From: Coriobacteriales bacterium
GTDB lineage: Bacteria > Actinomycetota > Coriobacteriia > Anaerosomatales > JACRBU01
NCBI GenBank assembly: GCA_016213085.1
Contig: JACRBU010000051.1
Coordinates: 1 to 38,991, forward strand
Direction of reading: 5' to 3'
DNA length: 38,991 nt
Shown piece after piece: positions 1 through 8,299 of the stretch. Made by a program: the position numbers and the translations under genes. The stretch's first letter is position 1. Every line of letters begins with the position of its first letter. The notes below the pieces were generated by a model, which was given only the letters and a program-made list of their open reading frames with translations, was not told where the DNA came from and did no database searches.

Positions 1-2
1 CC

Positions 3-320
3 CGCTACCCGGACCTCGAGCCCTTCAGCAACGCCCGGTTCTCCACCGAAGAGGACCCGGTGTGGGTCGGCGCGACCTACGACGCGCTGCCCGGCGTCGA
101 GCCGCTCGACACGCTCGCGAGCGTCGACGGCCGCTCGATCGTCGCGTCGCGTCGCTGGGGACAGGGCCGCATCATCTTCGTCGGCGGCAACCTGATCTGG
201 CACGCATTCGTGACCGGCAACCCCGACGAGGCTGCGCTCGTGCGCGCCATCTTCGACGATGCCCTCAGTTCTCCCGATGCCACGATAGCCGGCCGGACCG
301 GCCGCGAAAGCGGGATGTAG
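3..320 (+). CDS. C-terminal fragment of a protein truncated by the window edge; possible class I glutamine-amidotransferase-like fold
   Basis: Frame is open from position 3 (RYPDLEPFSNARF...) to TAG at 318-320. The 'RRWGQGRIIFVGGNL' strand pattern resembles GATase1-like C-terminal domains. Function uncertain. Confidence 0.6.
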   Translation, partial: RYPDLEPFSNARFSTEEDPVWVGATYDALPGVEPLDTLASVDGRSIVASRRWGQGRIIFVGGNLIWHAFVTGNPDEAALVRAIFDDALSSPDATIAGRTGRESGM

Positions 321-324
321 CCCG

Positions 325-2316
325 CTACCGTGCCTCTTGCGGCACGACCGCCTTGTCGTCGGGTACGTAGTCCGCGCGCTGAGGCAGGGCGTCGGTGTAG
401 CGCTCGGCGAGCGTCATCAGCTTCCGGACGCGCTCAAGCTCGTCACGCTGCGCATCGCGCGCCTCGGAGGGCATCTTCGTGTTCGCGGAATACGCGTGCC
501 CGTCGTCGAAGCCGACACCGGGCACGAACAGCGACGTCTCGTCGATGAAGGACCCGGTCGCGACGATGCGCGCCGCGGGCATCAGCACAGGTGAGCGCAC
601 GAAGGCGCTTCGGCCGAAATGCGGGCTGCGGGCAAGGTCGACACCGAGCGCGTCCGCGAGCGTCGGCATGATGTCGATCTGGCCGACGGGGTCGCGAACC
701 TCCGTTCCGGTCTCCTGACCCGGCATCCGGATGATGAGCGGCACGCTGAGCAGGTCCGCTTCGGTCATCTCGTGCCCGAAGAAGTCGCGCTGGGCTTCGG
801 CGTCGCGGGGATCGGGCTCGTCGGCGACGAGGCCGAAGTGATCTCCGTACACGACCACGATCGAGTCCTCCGCGAGACCCGTGCGCTCCAATTCGGCGAG
901 GAACTCCCCGAGCGCTCGGTCGGCGTAGGACTGCGACGAGAGGTAGTCGGCGGTGAAGGTGTCCTGCCACTGCCCGGTGATCTGGAGCGGGAGGCGGTCC
1001 TTCGGCACGCCATCGAAGGGGCGGTGCGAGGAGAGCGTGATGAGCTGCGCGCAGAACGGCGTGCCCGCATCGTCGAGCTTCTGGAGCTCGGGGAGCACCT
1101 TGGCGTACAGCACCTCGTCGGACGCGCCCATCCCGAGCACGTCTTTGCCGCCGAAGAACTCGGAGTCGTAGAACTTGTCGAAGCCGAGCGCGCCGTAGAG
1201 CTCGACGCGATTCCAGAAGTGGGCGGTGTTCGCGTGGAACGTCATCGTCGTGTATCCCGACTGCTTGAGCAGGCGCATGAACGAGGGGAGCTCGCGGTCG
1301 GGCCAGCGCTGGGACGCGGCTGCGTTGAGCGGCGGATACAGAGACGTGTTGAGCATGAATTCCGCGTCGGCCGTGTTGCCGCCGCCGACCTGCGTGAACG
1401 TGTTGGGGAAGTACCAGCTCTTGTCCGCGAGCCGGTTCAGGTACGGGGTGACTTCCTTGCCCTGGACCTTCAGGTCGAGGGCTGCGGTCTGCAGCGCCTC
1501 GACTTGGATGACGATCACGTTCTTGCCGCCGAAGGCACCCGGCTCGAAGTCCGCGAGCCGTTTGCCCCGGGTGCCGCCGCGAAGTCGCTCGATCTCGGCC
1601 TGCACGGAAACCGGATCGCTGAGGTCGACGTTCGCGGACACCGCGCCGCGGCGGGGGAAGAGGTTCGCGACCTGGTATGCGAACACACCGCTGCGCTTCG
1701 AGGCCGCGAGGCCGTCCACCGGCTGCGGCAGCCTCACCACGCCGACGACGAGGATGGCGGCGAGCACGATCGCGGGGAGCGCACTCAGGTAGACCGCCGA
1801 ATACTGGCGGACGAGGTCGCGGCCGTGCCCGCTCGACGCGGCGTCGGCGCCGAGAGCGGCGGAAGAATCGGGTCGCGTTTCGGCTGCCGCAGCTCCGGGC
1901 GATGTCGCGCTCTTGCTCCACAGCCACCACCGGTACGCGAGCATCGCGACGAGATCGACCGCGAACAGGAGCTGGATCGGCGAAACAAGTCCGCGCAGGC
2001 TGTCGCGGACGGCCGGGACCTGACCCGCGAGCTGAAGCAGTCCTACCGTGGCGATCTGCCCGTAGTAGCCGGCGTACAGGACCGTCGCCAACATCCCGGC
2101 GGACAGGATCGCGTCGGTCGTCCACAGCGCCCAGAACCGGTGGTCAGGGAAGAGCAGGTCGACGATCACCAGAATGGCGAGGAGCACGGCTCCCTCGAAC
2201 GCGAGCCCTGCGAGCAGCCCGATCTCGCCGAAGACGAGCCACCGCATCAGCAGCGCCTTCGCGACCAGCGCGAGCCACACCGCCCCGAGCTCGGCAAGGG
2301 CGATCCGGCGGGTCAT
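325..2316 (-). CDS. ltaS: LTA synthase (LtaS) family phosphoglycerol transferase, alkaline phosphatase/sulfatase fold
   Basis: N-terminal TM helices. Motifs IQVEALQ (metal Glu), GGNTADAEF (catalytic Thr), TLSSHRPF, YGDH and GQIDIMPT. ATG at 2316 overlaps the upstream TGA (ATGA). Confidence 0.85.
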   Translation of the reverse strand: MTRRIALAELGAVWLALVAKALLMRWLVFGEIGLLAGLAFEGAVLLAILVIVDLLFPDHRFWALWTTDAILSAGMLATVLYAGYYGQIATVGLLQLAGQVPAVRDSLRGLVSPIQLLFAVDLVAMLAYRWWLWSKSATSPGAAAAETRPDSSAALGADAASSGHGRDLVRQYSAVYLSALPAIVLAAILVVGVVRLPQPVDGLAASKRSGVFAYQVANLFPRRGAVSANVDLSDPVSVQAEIERLRGGTRGKRLADFEPGAFGGKNVIVIQVEALQTAALDLKVQGKEVTPYLNRLADKSWYFPNTFTQVGGGNTADAEFMLNTSLYPPLNAAASQRWPDRELPSFMRLLKQSGYTTMTFHANTAHFWNRVELYGALGFDKFYDSEFFGGKDVLGMGASDEVLYAKVLPELQKLDDAGTPFCAQLITLSSHRPFDGVPKDRLPLQITGQWQDTFTADYLSSQSYADRALGEFLAELERTGLAEDSIVVVYGDHFGLVADEPDPRDAEAQRDFFGHEMTEADLLSVPLIIRMPGQETGTEVRDPVGQIDIMPTLADALGVDLARSPHFGRSAFVRSPVLMPAARIVATGSFIDETSLFVPGVGFDDGHAYSANTKMPSEARDAQRDELERVRKLMTLAERYTDALPQRADYVPDDKAVVPQEAR

Positions 2317-2831
2317 CGACGCGCGCTTTCGGGCATGGGAACGTCGACGCTGTCGGGAAGTGGACGATCGTCGGCCAACCACTGATCGCTGAAGTCCTCA
2401 TCGACGATGCGTTCGATCGGCATCTTGAGGTAGGTGCCCGACGCCTCGACCGCGACGGTGCCGTCGGGCAGCAGGATCTCGCCTGTTCCCTCGAAGAGCC
2501 GGCTGCTGTTCCTCGTGATGCGGGCGAGGACGCGCACCTCGCCTAAGGGGACGGGCTTGCGGTACCTCACATCGAGCTCGACCGTTACGCCCCATGCGGT
2601 GGCGTCCAGGATGTTGATGGCGCGCCCGACGGTCTCGTCGAGCATCGTCGAGAGCATCCCTCCGTGCACGCGACCCGGGTAGCCTTGGTGCTCCTGACGA
2701 GGCTCGAAGATGCCGAGCAGCTCCTCGCCGTCGAGTTCGAGAAAGCGGCCCCGAAGGCCGAAGGCGTTGTCCACACCGCACACGAGGCACATGCGGCTCA
2801 CGTTCTGGCTTGCTCGCACAGGGCGCTTCAT
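2313..2831 (-). CDS. PaaI family hotdog-fold thioesterase
   Basis: Motifs CLVCGVDN, HQGYPGRVHGGMLSTMLDE and LDVRYRKPVP. Confidence 0.9.
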   Translation of the reverse strand: MKRPVRASQNVSRMCLVCGVDNAFGLRGRFLELDGEELLGIFEPRQEHQGYPGRVHGGMLSTMLDETVGRAINILDATAWGVTVELDVRYRKPVPLGEVRVLARITRNSSRLFEGTGEILLPDGTVAVEASGTYLKMPIERIVDEDFSDQWLADDRPLPDSVDVPMPESARR

Positions 2832-2857
2832 CCGGGCCTTTCTTGCAGACTGCGGCT

Positions 2858-2863
2858 ATTCTA
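2858..2863 (-). promoter_or_regulatory. Putative -10 element (TAGAAT) for the thioesterase-ltaS operon
   Basis: TAGAAT on the minus strand about 26 nt upstream of ATG 2831, in otherwise GC-rich DNA. Confidence 0.4.
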
Positions 2864-3028
2864 CGTGCTTCGCCGACGCTGGGTAAGACGGCCCATGCCG
2901 GACTTCGCCGTCATGGGCCAGGCGGTTCGAGCAGACGCCTGCGGCGCTGCTCAACCGCCTGCCGCGCCGTTCAGACTCTGGTCCCCGCTCGATCCGGGCC
3001 CCGGATCCAAGCACGCCGGCGCGACCGG

Positions 3029-3037
3029 TGGTATCCT
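3029..3037 (+). promoter_or_regulatory. Putative extended -10 promoter (TGnTATCCT) for the GH26 gene
   Basis: TGGTATCCT matches TGnTAnnnT. Confidence 0.45.
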
Positions 3038-3121
3038 GTGCGCGATGTCGTGACGGCTTTGCGCCCGCGCGGCAGGCGGTACCACTGGACGTAGCCGAAC
3101 GCATTAGCACTAGGGGAAGAT

Positions 3122-4429
3122 GTGCACCGCTGGCCCGCCCGCATCCTGCTCACGTGCGGACTGATCGCGACCTTCCTTGCGGCTCCGCTCCTCTCGTCTT
3201 CGGCTGTCGCTGCCGAGCCGACCCGATGGGTCGGCTTCTACGTCGATGGGGCTCCGTGGGAGCCTGCCCCGTTCCAGACGGTGGAGACGAAGACCACGAG
3301 TCAGGCTCGAATCTGCAACTTCTTCCAGAACATCGAGACGGCCGACGACAACACCTTCACGCTCGACCAACTGCGCAGGGCGGACAGCCTCGGCGCCATC
3401 CCCATGGTCACGCTCGAGATGAAGGACCCGTACGACTGGGACCGCAATCAGTCGGACTACACGCTGGACAAGATCGCCCGCGGGGATCACGACGCGCTGC
3501 TCAGGAGATTCGCGCGCGACGCGAAGACGTTCAACAAGCCCGTGTGGGTGCGGCTGTTCCACGAGATGAACGGCAACTGGTACCCGTGGGGCGGCACGGT
3601 GAACTCCAACAGGCCCGAGGACTTCAAGCCAGCCTGGCGCCACGTTCACGACGTGTTCGCCCAGGAGGGTGCGACTAACATCCAGATGGTCTGGTGCGTC
3701 AACATGGACAGCATCAATGCCGATCGGGACCTCAACTCGAGCGAGAACGAGATCCGGGACTACTGGCCGGGCTCAGGCTACGTCGATTACATGGCGATCG
3801 ATGGTTACAACATCGGCACCGGCACCGGCGGGAAGTGGCGCACCTTCCGTGAGCTCTTCGACGATCCGTACGCGAAGGTGAGCGCGCTCTCCACGAGCAC
3901 TCCGATCTTCGTGGCGGAGACCGGCTGCTCGACGAATGGCGGCGACAAACCCGCGTGGATCGACACGATGTTTCGCGCGATCCCGAAGTACTTCCCGAGG
4001 ATCGTCGGCGTGAGCTGGTTCCACGCCAAGCAGTATGTCAACGGCTACACGCGGGACTGGCGTGTGACATCGACCCCCGATGCGCTGGCGGCGTTCAGGT
4101 TCGGCTCCTCCAACGGGACGTGGTCGGACAAGCGGCCGACCTCGATCACGATCAGGGCCAACGACTACAGCGTTCGGCGAAACGTCATGTTCTCGCTCTC
4201 CGGCACCCTGACCTCGCCGTGGGCGGGCGACAGCGTACGCGTCGAGGTGCGCAAGCCGGGCACGTCGCGCTACGTGCTCATCTCGACATCGAAGCCGTCC
4301 TCATCAGGCTACTGGCGCTACTCGTACCGCCCGAAGTACCGCGGTAGCTACTACTTCCGCGTCAGGTACCTCGGCAGCCCGTCGCTCGGGTCGTCTTCAT
4401 CACGCACGATCCGCGTCGTCGTTCGCTAG
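3122..4429 (+). CDS. Secreted glycoside hydrolase family 26 with a basic C-terminal beta-sandwich domain
   Basis: Signal peptide ending SAVAA. GH26 motifs RLFHEMNGNWYPW (acid/base Glu), YWPG..YVDYMAIDGY and IFVAETG (nucleophile Glu). RBS AGGGGA upstream of the GTG. Confidence 0.88.
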   Translation: MHRWPARILLTCGLIATFLAAPLLSSSAVAAEPTRWVGFYVDGAPWEPAPFQTVETKTTSQARICNFFQNIETADDNTFTLDQLRRADSLGAIPMVTLEMKDPYDWDRNQSDYTLDKIARGDHDALLRRFARDAKTFNKPVWVRLFHEMNGNWYPWGGTVNSNRPEDFKPAWRHVHDVFAQEGATNIQMVWCVNMDSINADRDLNSSENEIRDYWPGSGYVDYMAIDGYNIGTGTGGKWRTFRELFDDPYAKVSALSTSTPIFVAETGCSTNGGDKPAWIDTMFRAIPKYFPRIVGVSWFHAKQYVNGYTRDWRVTSTPDALAAFRFGSSNGTWSDKRPTSITIRANDYSVRRNVMFSLSGTLTSPWAGDSVRVEVRKPGTSRYVLISTSKPSSSGYWRYSYRPKYRGSYYFRVRYLGSPSLGSSSSRTIRVVVR

Positions 4430-4462
4430 CGACGGTCGCGCGTCTGTCGGGATCACGCCGCA

Positions 4463-5608
4463 TCAGTACCCGTCGGACAGCGTGTTCAGGAACGCTACGA
4501 TCGCGTCCACCTCGCTCGAGGTCAGTCCGAGGTTCCCAACGTCGGCAGAGAGGTTCTGAGGCACCTCGGCCGGGCCGAAGGCACCCGTGTCGCGGGAGTT
4601 GTAGAACTCCACTACCTGCCTGACCGACGTGAACGCCCCGTTGTGCATGTACGGGCCCGTCTTGGCGATGTTGCGGAGCGTCTGCACGCGATGCTTGCCG
4701 TTCTGCAGCTCCCATCCGCTTACTCCGCGGCCCTTGAGCACGCCGCCGAGCCCGTAGTCGATCCAGGCATATCCGGCGGGATTGAACTCGGCGGGAAGCG
4801 TGTAGTAGGGGTTTGCCGCGTTCTTGGGGACGCCGACGTTGTGATACGTGAAGTTGGAGAACGCCTTGTTCGCCGATCCCATCGAGCCCATGCGACCGCC
4901 GCCCATCCCGCACGAGCCGTGGCAGCGGAAGCACCTTCCCCTGCCGTTGAAGAGCGACATGCCGAGCGACTCCTGGGCTGTCAGCGTCGTCCGGCCTGCC
5001 ACGTAGGCGTCGTACTTCGAGCTGTAGGTGTTCACCTCGGGTGAGCCCTCGTAGGCGGCGATCGCGTCGGCGATCTTGTCGTAGGCGCCGGCCACGTTGT
5101 TGAGGGACGACGAGCCGTACACCTGCCGGAACAGCGATGCATACGATGACGCCTTCACGTCTCGCACCACGGTGTCTTTGCTCGGGTTGTTCATCTCAAG
5201 CGGGTTGAGGAACGGGCCTTTCGCCTGCTCTACAAGGGTGGCCGCGCGCCCGTCCCAGAACTGGCCGCACCGGTAGGTCGAGCCCATGTTGCAGCAGACC
5301 ATCTGTCCGAATGTCGGGATCAGGCTGGCGTACGCCGCCGTCGGCGCATTGCGCCCTCCGAAGCGGTCCTGGATCACACCCCGGGACGTCGGCAGGTCGT
5401 GATCCGGGTCCGCGTATCCCGCTGTGGGGTGATGGCAATCGGCGCATGCCTGCCCGGCGGGTTCCGAGAGGCCTGCGTCGAAGAAGAGCTTCTTGCCGAG
5501 CTGCTGTTTGGCTGTGAGCGTCGCGGCACCCGCGCCAGCCGGTGCGAGCAGCAGCGCCACGACCGCGATCACCAGTGCGACTGCGACCGTTGTCCTCGTG
5601 GTCTTCAT
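4463..5608 (-). CDS. Secreted di-haem cytochrome c peroxidase superfamily protein, MauG-type
   Basis: Signal peptide, two CxxCH motifs (CADCH, CFRCH), and RNAPT, QFWDGRA and TLRN..GPYMHNG...FY. Start taken as MKTTRTT at 5608 with RBS AGGGGG. Confidence 0.9.
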   Translation of the reverse strand: MKTTRTTVAVALVIAVVALLLAPAGAGAATLTAKQQLGKKLFFDAGLSEPAGQACADCHHPTAGYADPDHDLPTSRGVIQDRFGGRNAPTAAYASLIPTFGQMVCCNMGSTYRCGQFWDGRAATLVEQAKGPFLNPLEMNNPSKDTVVRDVKASSYASLFRQVYGSSSLNNVAGAYDKIADAIAAYEGSPEVNTYSSKYDAYVAGRTTLTAQESLGMSLFNGRGRCFRCHGSCGMGGGRMGSMGSANKAFSNFTYHNVGVPKNAANPYYTLPAEFNPAGYAWIDYGLGGVLKGRGVSGWELQNGKHRVQTLRNIAKTGPYMHNGAFTSVRQVVEFYNSRDTGAFGPAEVPQNLSADVGNLGLTSSEVDAIVAFLNTLSDGY

Positions 5609-5667
5609 GTTGAGCCCCCTATGTTGGTGTGCTGTCCGGCCCGCTCCGACCGCGCAGCATGCCCCGG

Positions 5668-5967
5668 CTAGGGCGAGGAGATCACGATATTCACCGCTGT
5701 TTCGCGCGGAGCGGAGGTGCCCTTGAGCGGCGACTGCTCCACGACGGTCCCCGGTTCCGCGTCGGGCGCGTTCGTCGCCGTGACGGAACCGACGACGTAG
5801 CCGGCCTCTTCGACCTTGGAACGAGCTGCGTCCTGCTGCATGCCGACCAGGTTCGGCACCGAGGAATGCAGGCCGCTCGCTCCGGGTTCCTGTCCACGGG
5901 CACCGCATCCGGCAGCGAACGCGGCAGCCAGCGCGAGCATCACGAGAAGCGCAATGAGACGTCTCAC
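5668..5967 (-). CDS. PASTA-domain lipoprotein
   Basis: GTG at 5967 with RBS GAAAGGA. Lipobox FAAGC. Single PASTA repeat VPNLVGM...GTVVEQSP..G....VNIVIS. Confidence 0.8.
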   Translation of the reverse strand: MRRLIALLVMLALAAAFAAGCGARGQEPGASGLHSSVPNLVGMQQDAARSKVEEAGYVVGSVTATNAPDAEPGTVVEQSPLKGTSAPRETAVNIVISSP

Positions 5968-6127
5968 GACCGTCCTTTCGGATGAAGCGGGCTTAACAGA
6001 AACGTACCCGTTGGCCCGCTCTCGTCCCGCGGGACTTCGGACTTGCGTCGTGAGGGGGGTTCCGGCGACATCGTGCTTGTGGGGAACATGCACAGCACAC
6101 GGCATCGCTCTTCGAGAGGAGTCACCG

Positions 6128-6883
6128 ATGACAGTGGCCGAGGACGTCCGATACCTCTATCCGGCGATGATCCAGGGTGACGCGGGCGTGGTCGGGGCCT
6201 TCGGCGCGAGGGCCACCGTCGACTCGCCCCTCGGTCGCAAGCAGGAACCACCCGAGTTCGTGGCCGAAACCCGCGCGTGGCTGGAGCGGCACGACGCCGC
6301 GTCGGAGGAGATCCGGACCACCGAGACGGACGAGCGGGTGGTGCACGAGCTTTCGCTGCGCCTGGCATTCGAGGGCGAGACGCGCGAGCTTCCCATCATG
6401 CTGATCGCGGACAAGGAGGACGAATGCATACGTGACCTGCGGATCTACCACAGCACGTGGCCGCTCACCGGCTCGCATTCGGTTCGGCCTCCGCTGATGG
6501 ACTACACGACCGGGGAGCGCCCGGCCGAGCCCGTTGGGACGTATCATGCCGCGCTCGCGGCCGGCGATGCCGAGCTGGCGGATTCGTTGTTCGAGCCGGA
6601 AGGCAGCGTGCGGGAGCCCGCGGGATCCGCCTATGCGCACGCCGGCGCAGAGCGGACGCAGTGGTATCGGTCCATCCTTCGGCTGGGCCCCATCGTGCTC
6701 CATCTCGGCACGATCACCGACGACGGTGAGACGGTCGTCTACGAGTTCATGGTCGACCGATGGGGGGCCACGCAGCTTCCGCAACAAGCCGGAGCTGCGG
6801 CCTACACGCGCGGGCCGAGCGGCAAGCTCGCCTCGGCGCGGATCTACGACGACGTCGATCCGCCTGCGGAGCTGATGGAGTAG
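6128..6883 (+). CDS. Tandem SnoaL/NTF2-like domain protein
   Basis: ATG at 6128 after RBS GAGAGGA. Two similar halves (F..ATVDSP / FEPEGSVREP) ending in IRDLRIY and LASARIYDD. Confidence 0.7.
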   Translation: MTVAEDVRYLYPAMIQGDAGVVGAFGARATVDSPLGRKQEPPEFVAETRAWLERHDAASEEIRTTETDERVVHELSLRLAFEGETRELPIMLIADKEDECIRDLRIYHSTWPLTGSHSVRPPLMDYTTGERPAEPVGTYHAALAAGDAELADSLFEPEGSVREPAGSAYAHAGAERTQWYRSILRLGPIVLHLGTITDDGETVVYEFMVDRWGATQLPQQAGAAAYTRGPSGKLASARIYDDVDPPAELME

Positions 6884-6885
6884 CG

Positions 6886-7392
6886 CTAGCCCCGTGCCCT
6901 GCGCCACTGGATCGAGGGCATCGGGATCTTCGGCCTCCACTGCATCGCGCGACGGGCGAACATGGCCGCCATGACGACCGCGAGTCCGAACACGCCGAAG
7001 ATGGCGACCGCGATGATGAGTGCTGCGCGCGGGTCGATGAGCACTCGCGAGTCGTCGGAGATCTCCACGTTGGGGGAGGCGACGACGCCGATCCACCCTC
7101 GGGAGATCCGCACGTCATTGGCGACGACGATGCCGGTTCCCATGGACTCGCCGGCAACGCTGCGCGACACGATCGCCGCGGCTCCGCCCTGCGAGATCCC
7201 GACGGCGCCCTGCGCGATGACGGCTCCGGCGCCGCTCTGATTGAGATCGGCGTCGCCCTGGGAGTTCACGACTCCGGCGAGACTACTCGTGAGGTTCGCG
7301 TCATGCGCCGCGGTGACGTTGGGGACGACGCTCGCCTGTACGGATGCGTCGCCGTCGGGACTGGCTTGCGTGGAGCTGTCTTCGGCAGTCAT
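6886..7392 (-). CDS. Hypothetical membrane-anchored protein with 15-16 aa beta-solenoid-like repeats
   Basis: RBS AGGAGG before the ATG, periodic small and hydrophobic residues, one C-terminal TM helix. Confidence 0.7.
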   Translation of the reverse strand: MTAEDSSTQASPDGDASVQASVVPNVTAAHDANLTSSLAGVVNSQGDADLNQSGAGAVIAQGAVGISQGGAAAIVSRSVAGESMGTGIVVANDVRISRGWIGVVASPNVEISDDSRVLIDPRAALIIAVAIFGVFGLAVVMAAMFARRAMQWRPKIPMPSIQWRRARG

Positions 7393-7482
7393 CGAGCGAC
7401 CTCCTGGTGCGCGGGGACGTGCTCATTCGATGCCCGTAATCGGGCGTGTCCACACGGGTACGGGCTGGCCTGCGAACTGGCG

Positions 7483-7725
7483 TCAGCCCTCGGACCCGCC
7501 CTCTGACTCGCCGGCATCGGCGGCGTAGGGGGCGATCTCGAGAAGACCCTCGTTGAGGACGAACTCCACGGCGACGAATGCGTAGGCATAGACGATGTCG
7601 TCGTACTGATCGTCGATGCCGAACTCGAACTCGCCGTACTTGGCGAAGAGGTTCTCGTGGAGGTACTCGCAGTAGGCGCTGAGGGACGGATCGTTGACGA
7701 TCTCGAGTGCTTCTTCCAGATTCAC
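7483..7725 (-). CDS. Small acidic hypothetical protein (80 aa)
   Basis: GGGAGG RBS upstream of GTG 7725 (MNLEEALEIV...). Strong GC3 codon bias. Alternative starts at 7779 and 7794. Confidence 0.7.
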   Translation of the reverse strand: MNLEEALEIVNDPSLSAYCEYLHENLFAKYGEFEFGIDDQYDDIVYAYAFVAVEFVLNEGLLEIAPYAADAGESEGGSEG

Positions 7726-7906
7726 TGATCTCACCTCCCGCGCCTGCGGGATGACTCCTTGTTCGGTCTCTGCGCCCATTGTGAGCGCCGTCACTCCTTA
7801 CATCGGCAGGGGTTCGCGCCGTGATAACCCCGAATCCGGCCGGGTCGCGCGGCGCGTACATGTCCGCGGTTCGGTGGAATATCCGTTGCGACCGGAAGGG
7901 GCAGGT

Positions 7907-8242
7907 GTGGCGGCTCGTCGTCGCGACGGCATCATCGCGACCGTGCAGGTCGTACACGCGATCGTGTTCGTGGCGATCGCGTGCTGCCTCGCGTACGTGC
8001 TGCTCTCGGGGATCACGGGCGAGCATTCGCCGGCGACGTGGCTCGCGACGGGGGTCGTCACGGGGGAGGGCGCAGTGCTCGCGGTCAATCGCGGGAGGTG
8101 CCCGCTCTCGGCGCTCTCCGAGCGCCTCGGCGACCGATCGGGGCCCGTGACGCGGATCTTCTTCCCCGAGTGGTTCGTGCCGTGGGTGACGCCGCTGTTC
8201 GTAGCGCTCGCGATCGTGGGGGTAGCGCTCGTCGTGCTCTGA
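7907..8242 (+). CDS. Small membrane protein, DUF2784-like
   Basis: Three hydrophobic segments, VHAIVF and GRCPLSALSERL (CPL motif). RBS GAAGGGG. Confidence 0.6.
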   Translation: MAARRRDGIIATVQVVHAIVFVAIACCLAYVLLSGITGEHSPATWLATGVVTGEGAVLAVNRGRCPLSALSERLGDRSGPVTRIFFPEWFVPWVTPLFVALAIVGVALVVL

Positions 8243-8299
8243 CGTGCGGCGCCACTGGTAGGGTGTCTGCGAAGGAAGTCGGGTCCGGGAGGGCGTCGA

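Noticed and set aside
619-2385. 588-aa plus-strand ORF, and similar long antisense or alternate-frame ORFs such as 443-2125, 8436-9806, 20392-21573 and 24296-25792
   Set aside because: They shadow well-supported genes, have Arg/Pro/Gly-rich low-information translations, and are expected from stop-codon scarcity in high-GC DNA.
3050-3085. Minus-strand GGGCGCAAAGCC resembling part of a c-di-GMP-I riboswitch
   Set aside because: The upstream GGCAAA, the GNRA-capped stem and the second hairpin are missing.
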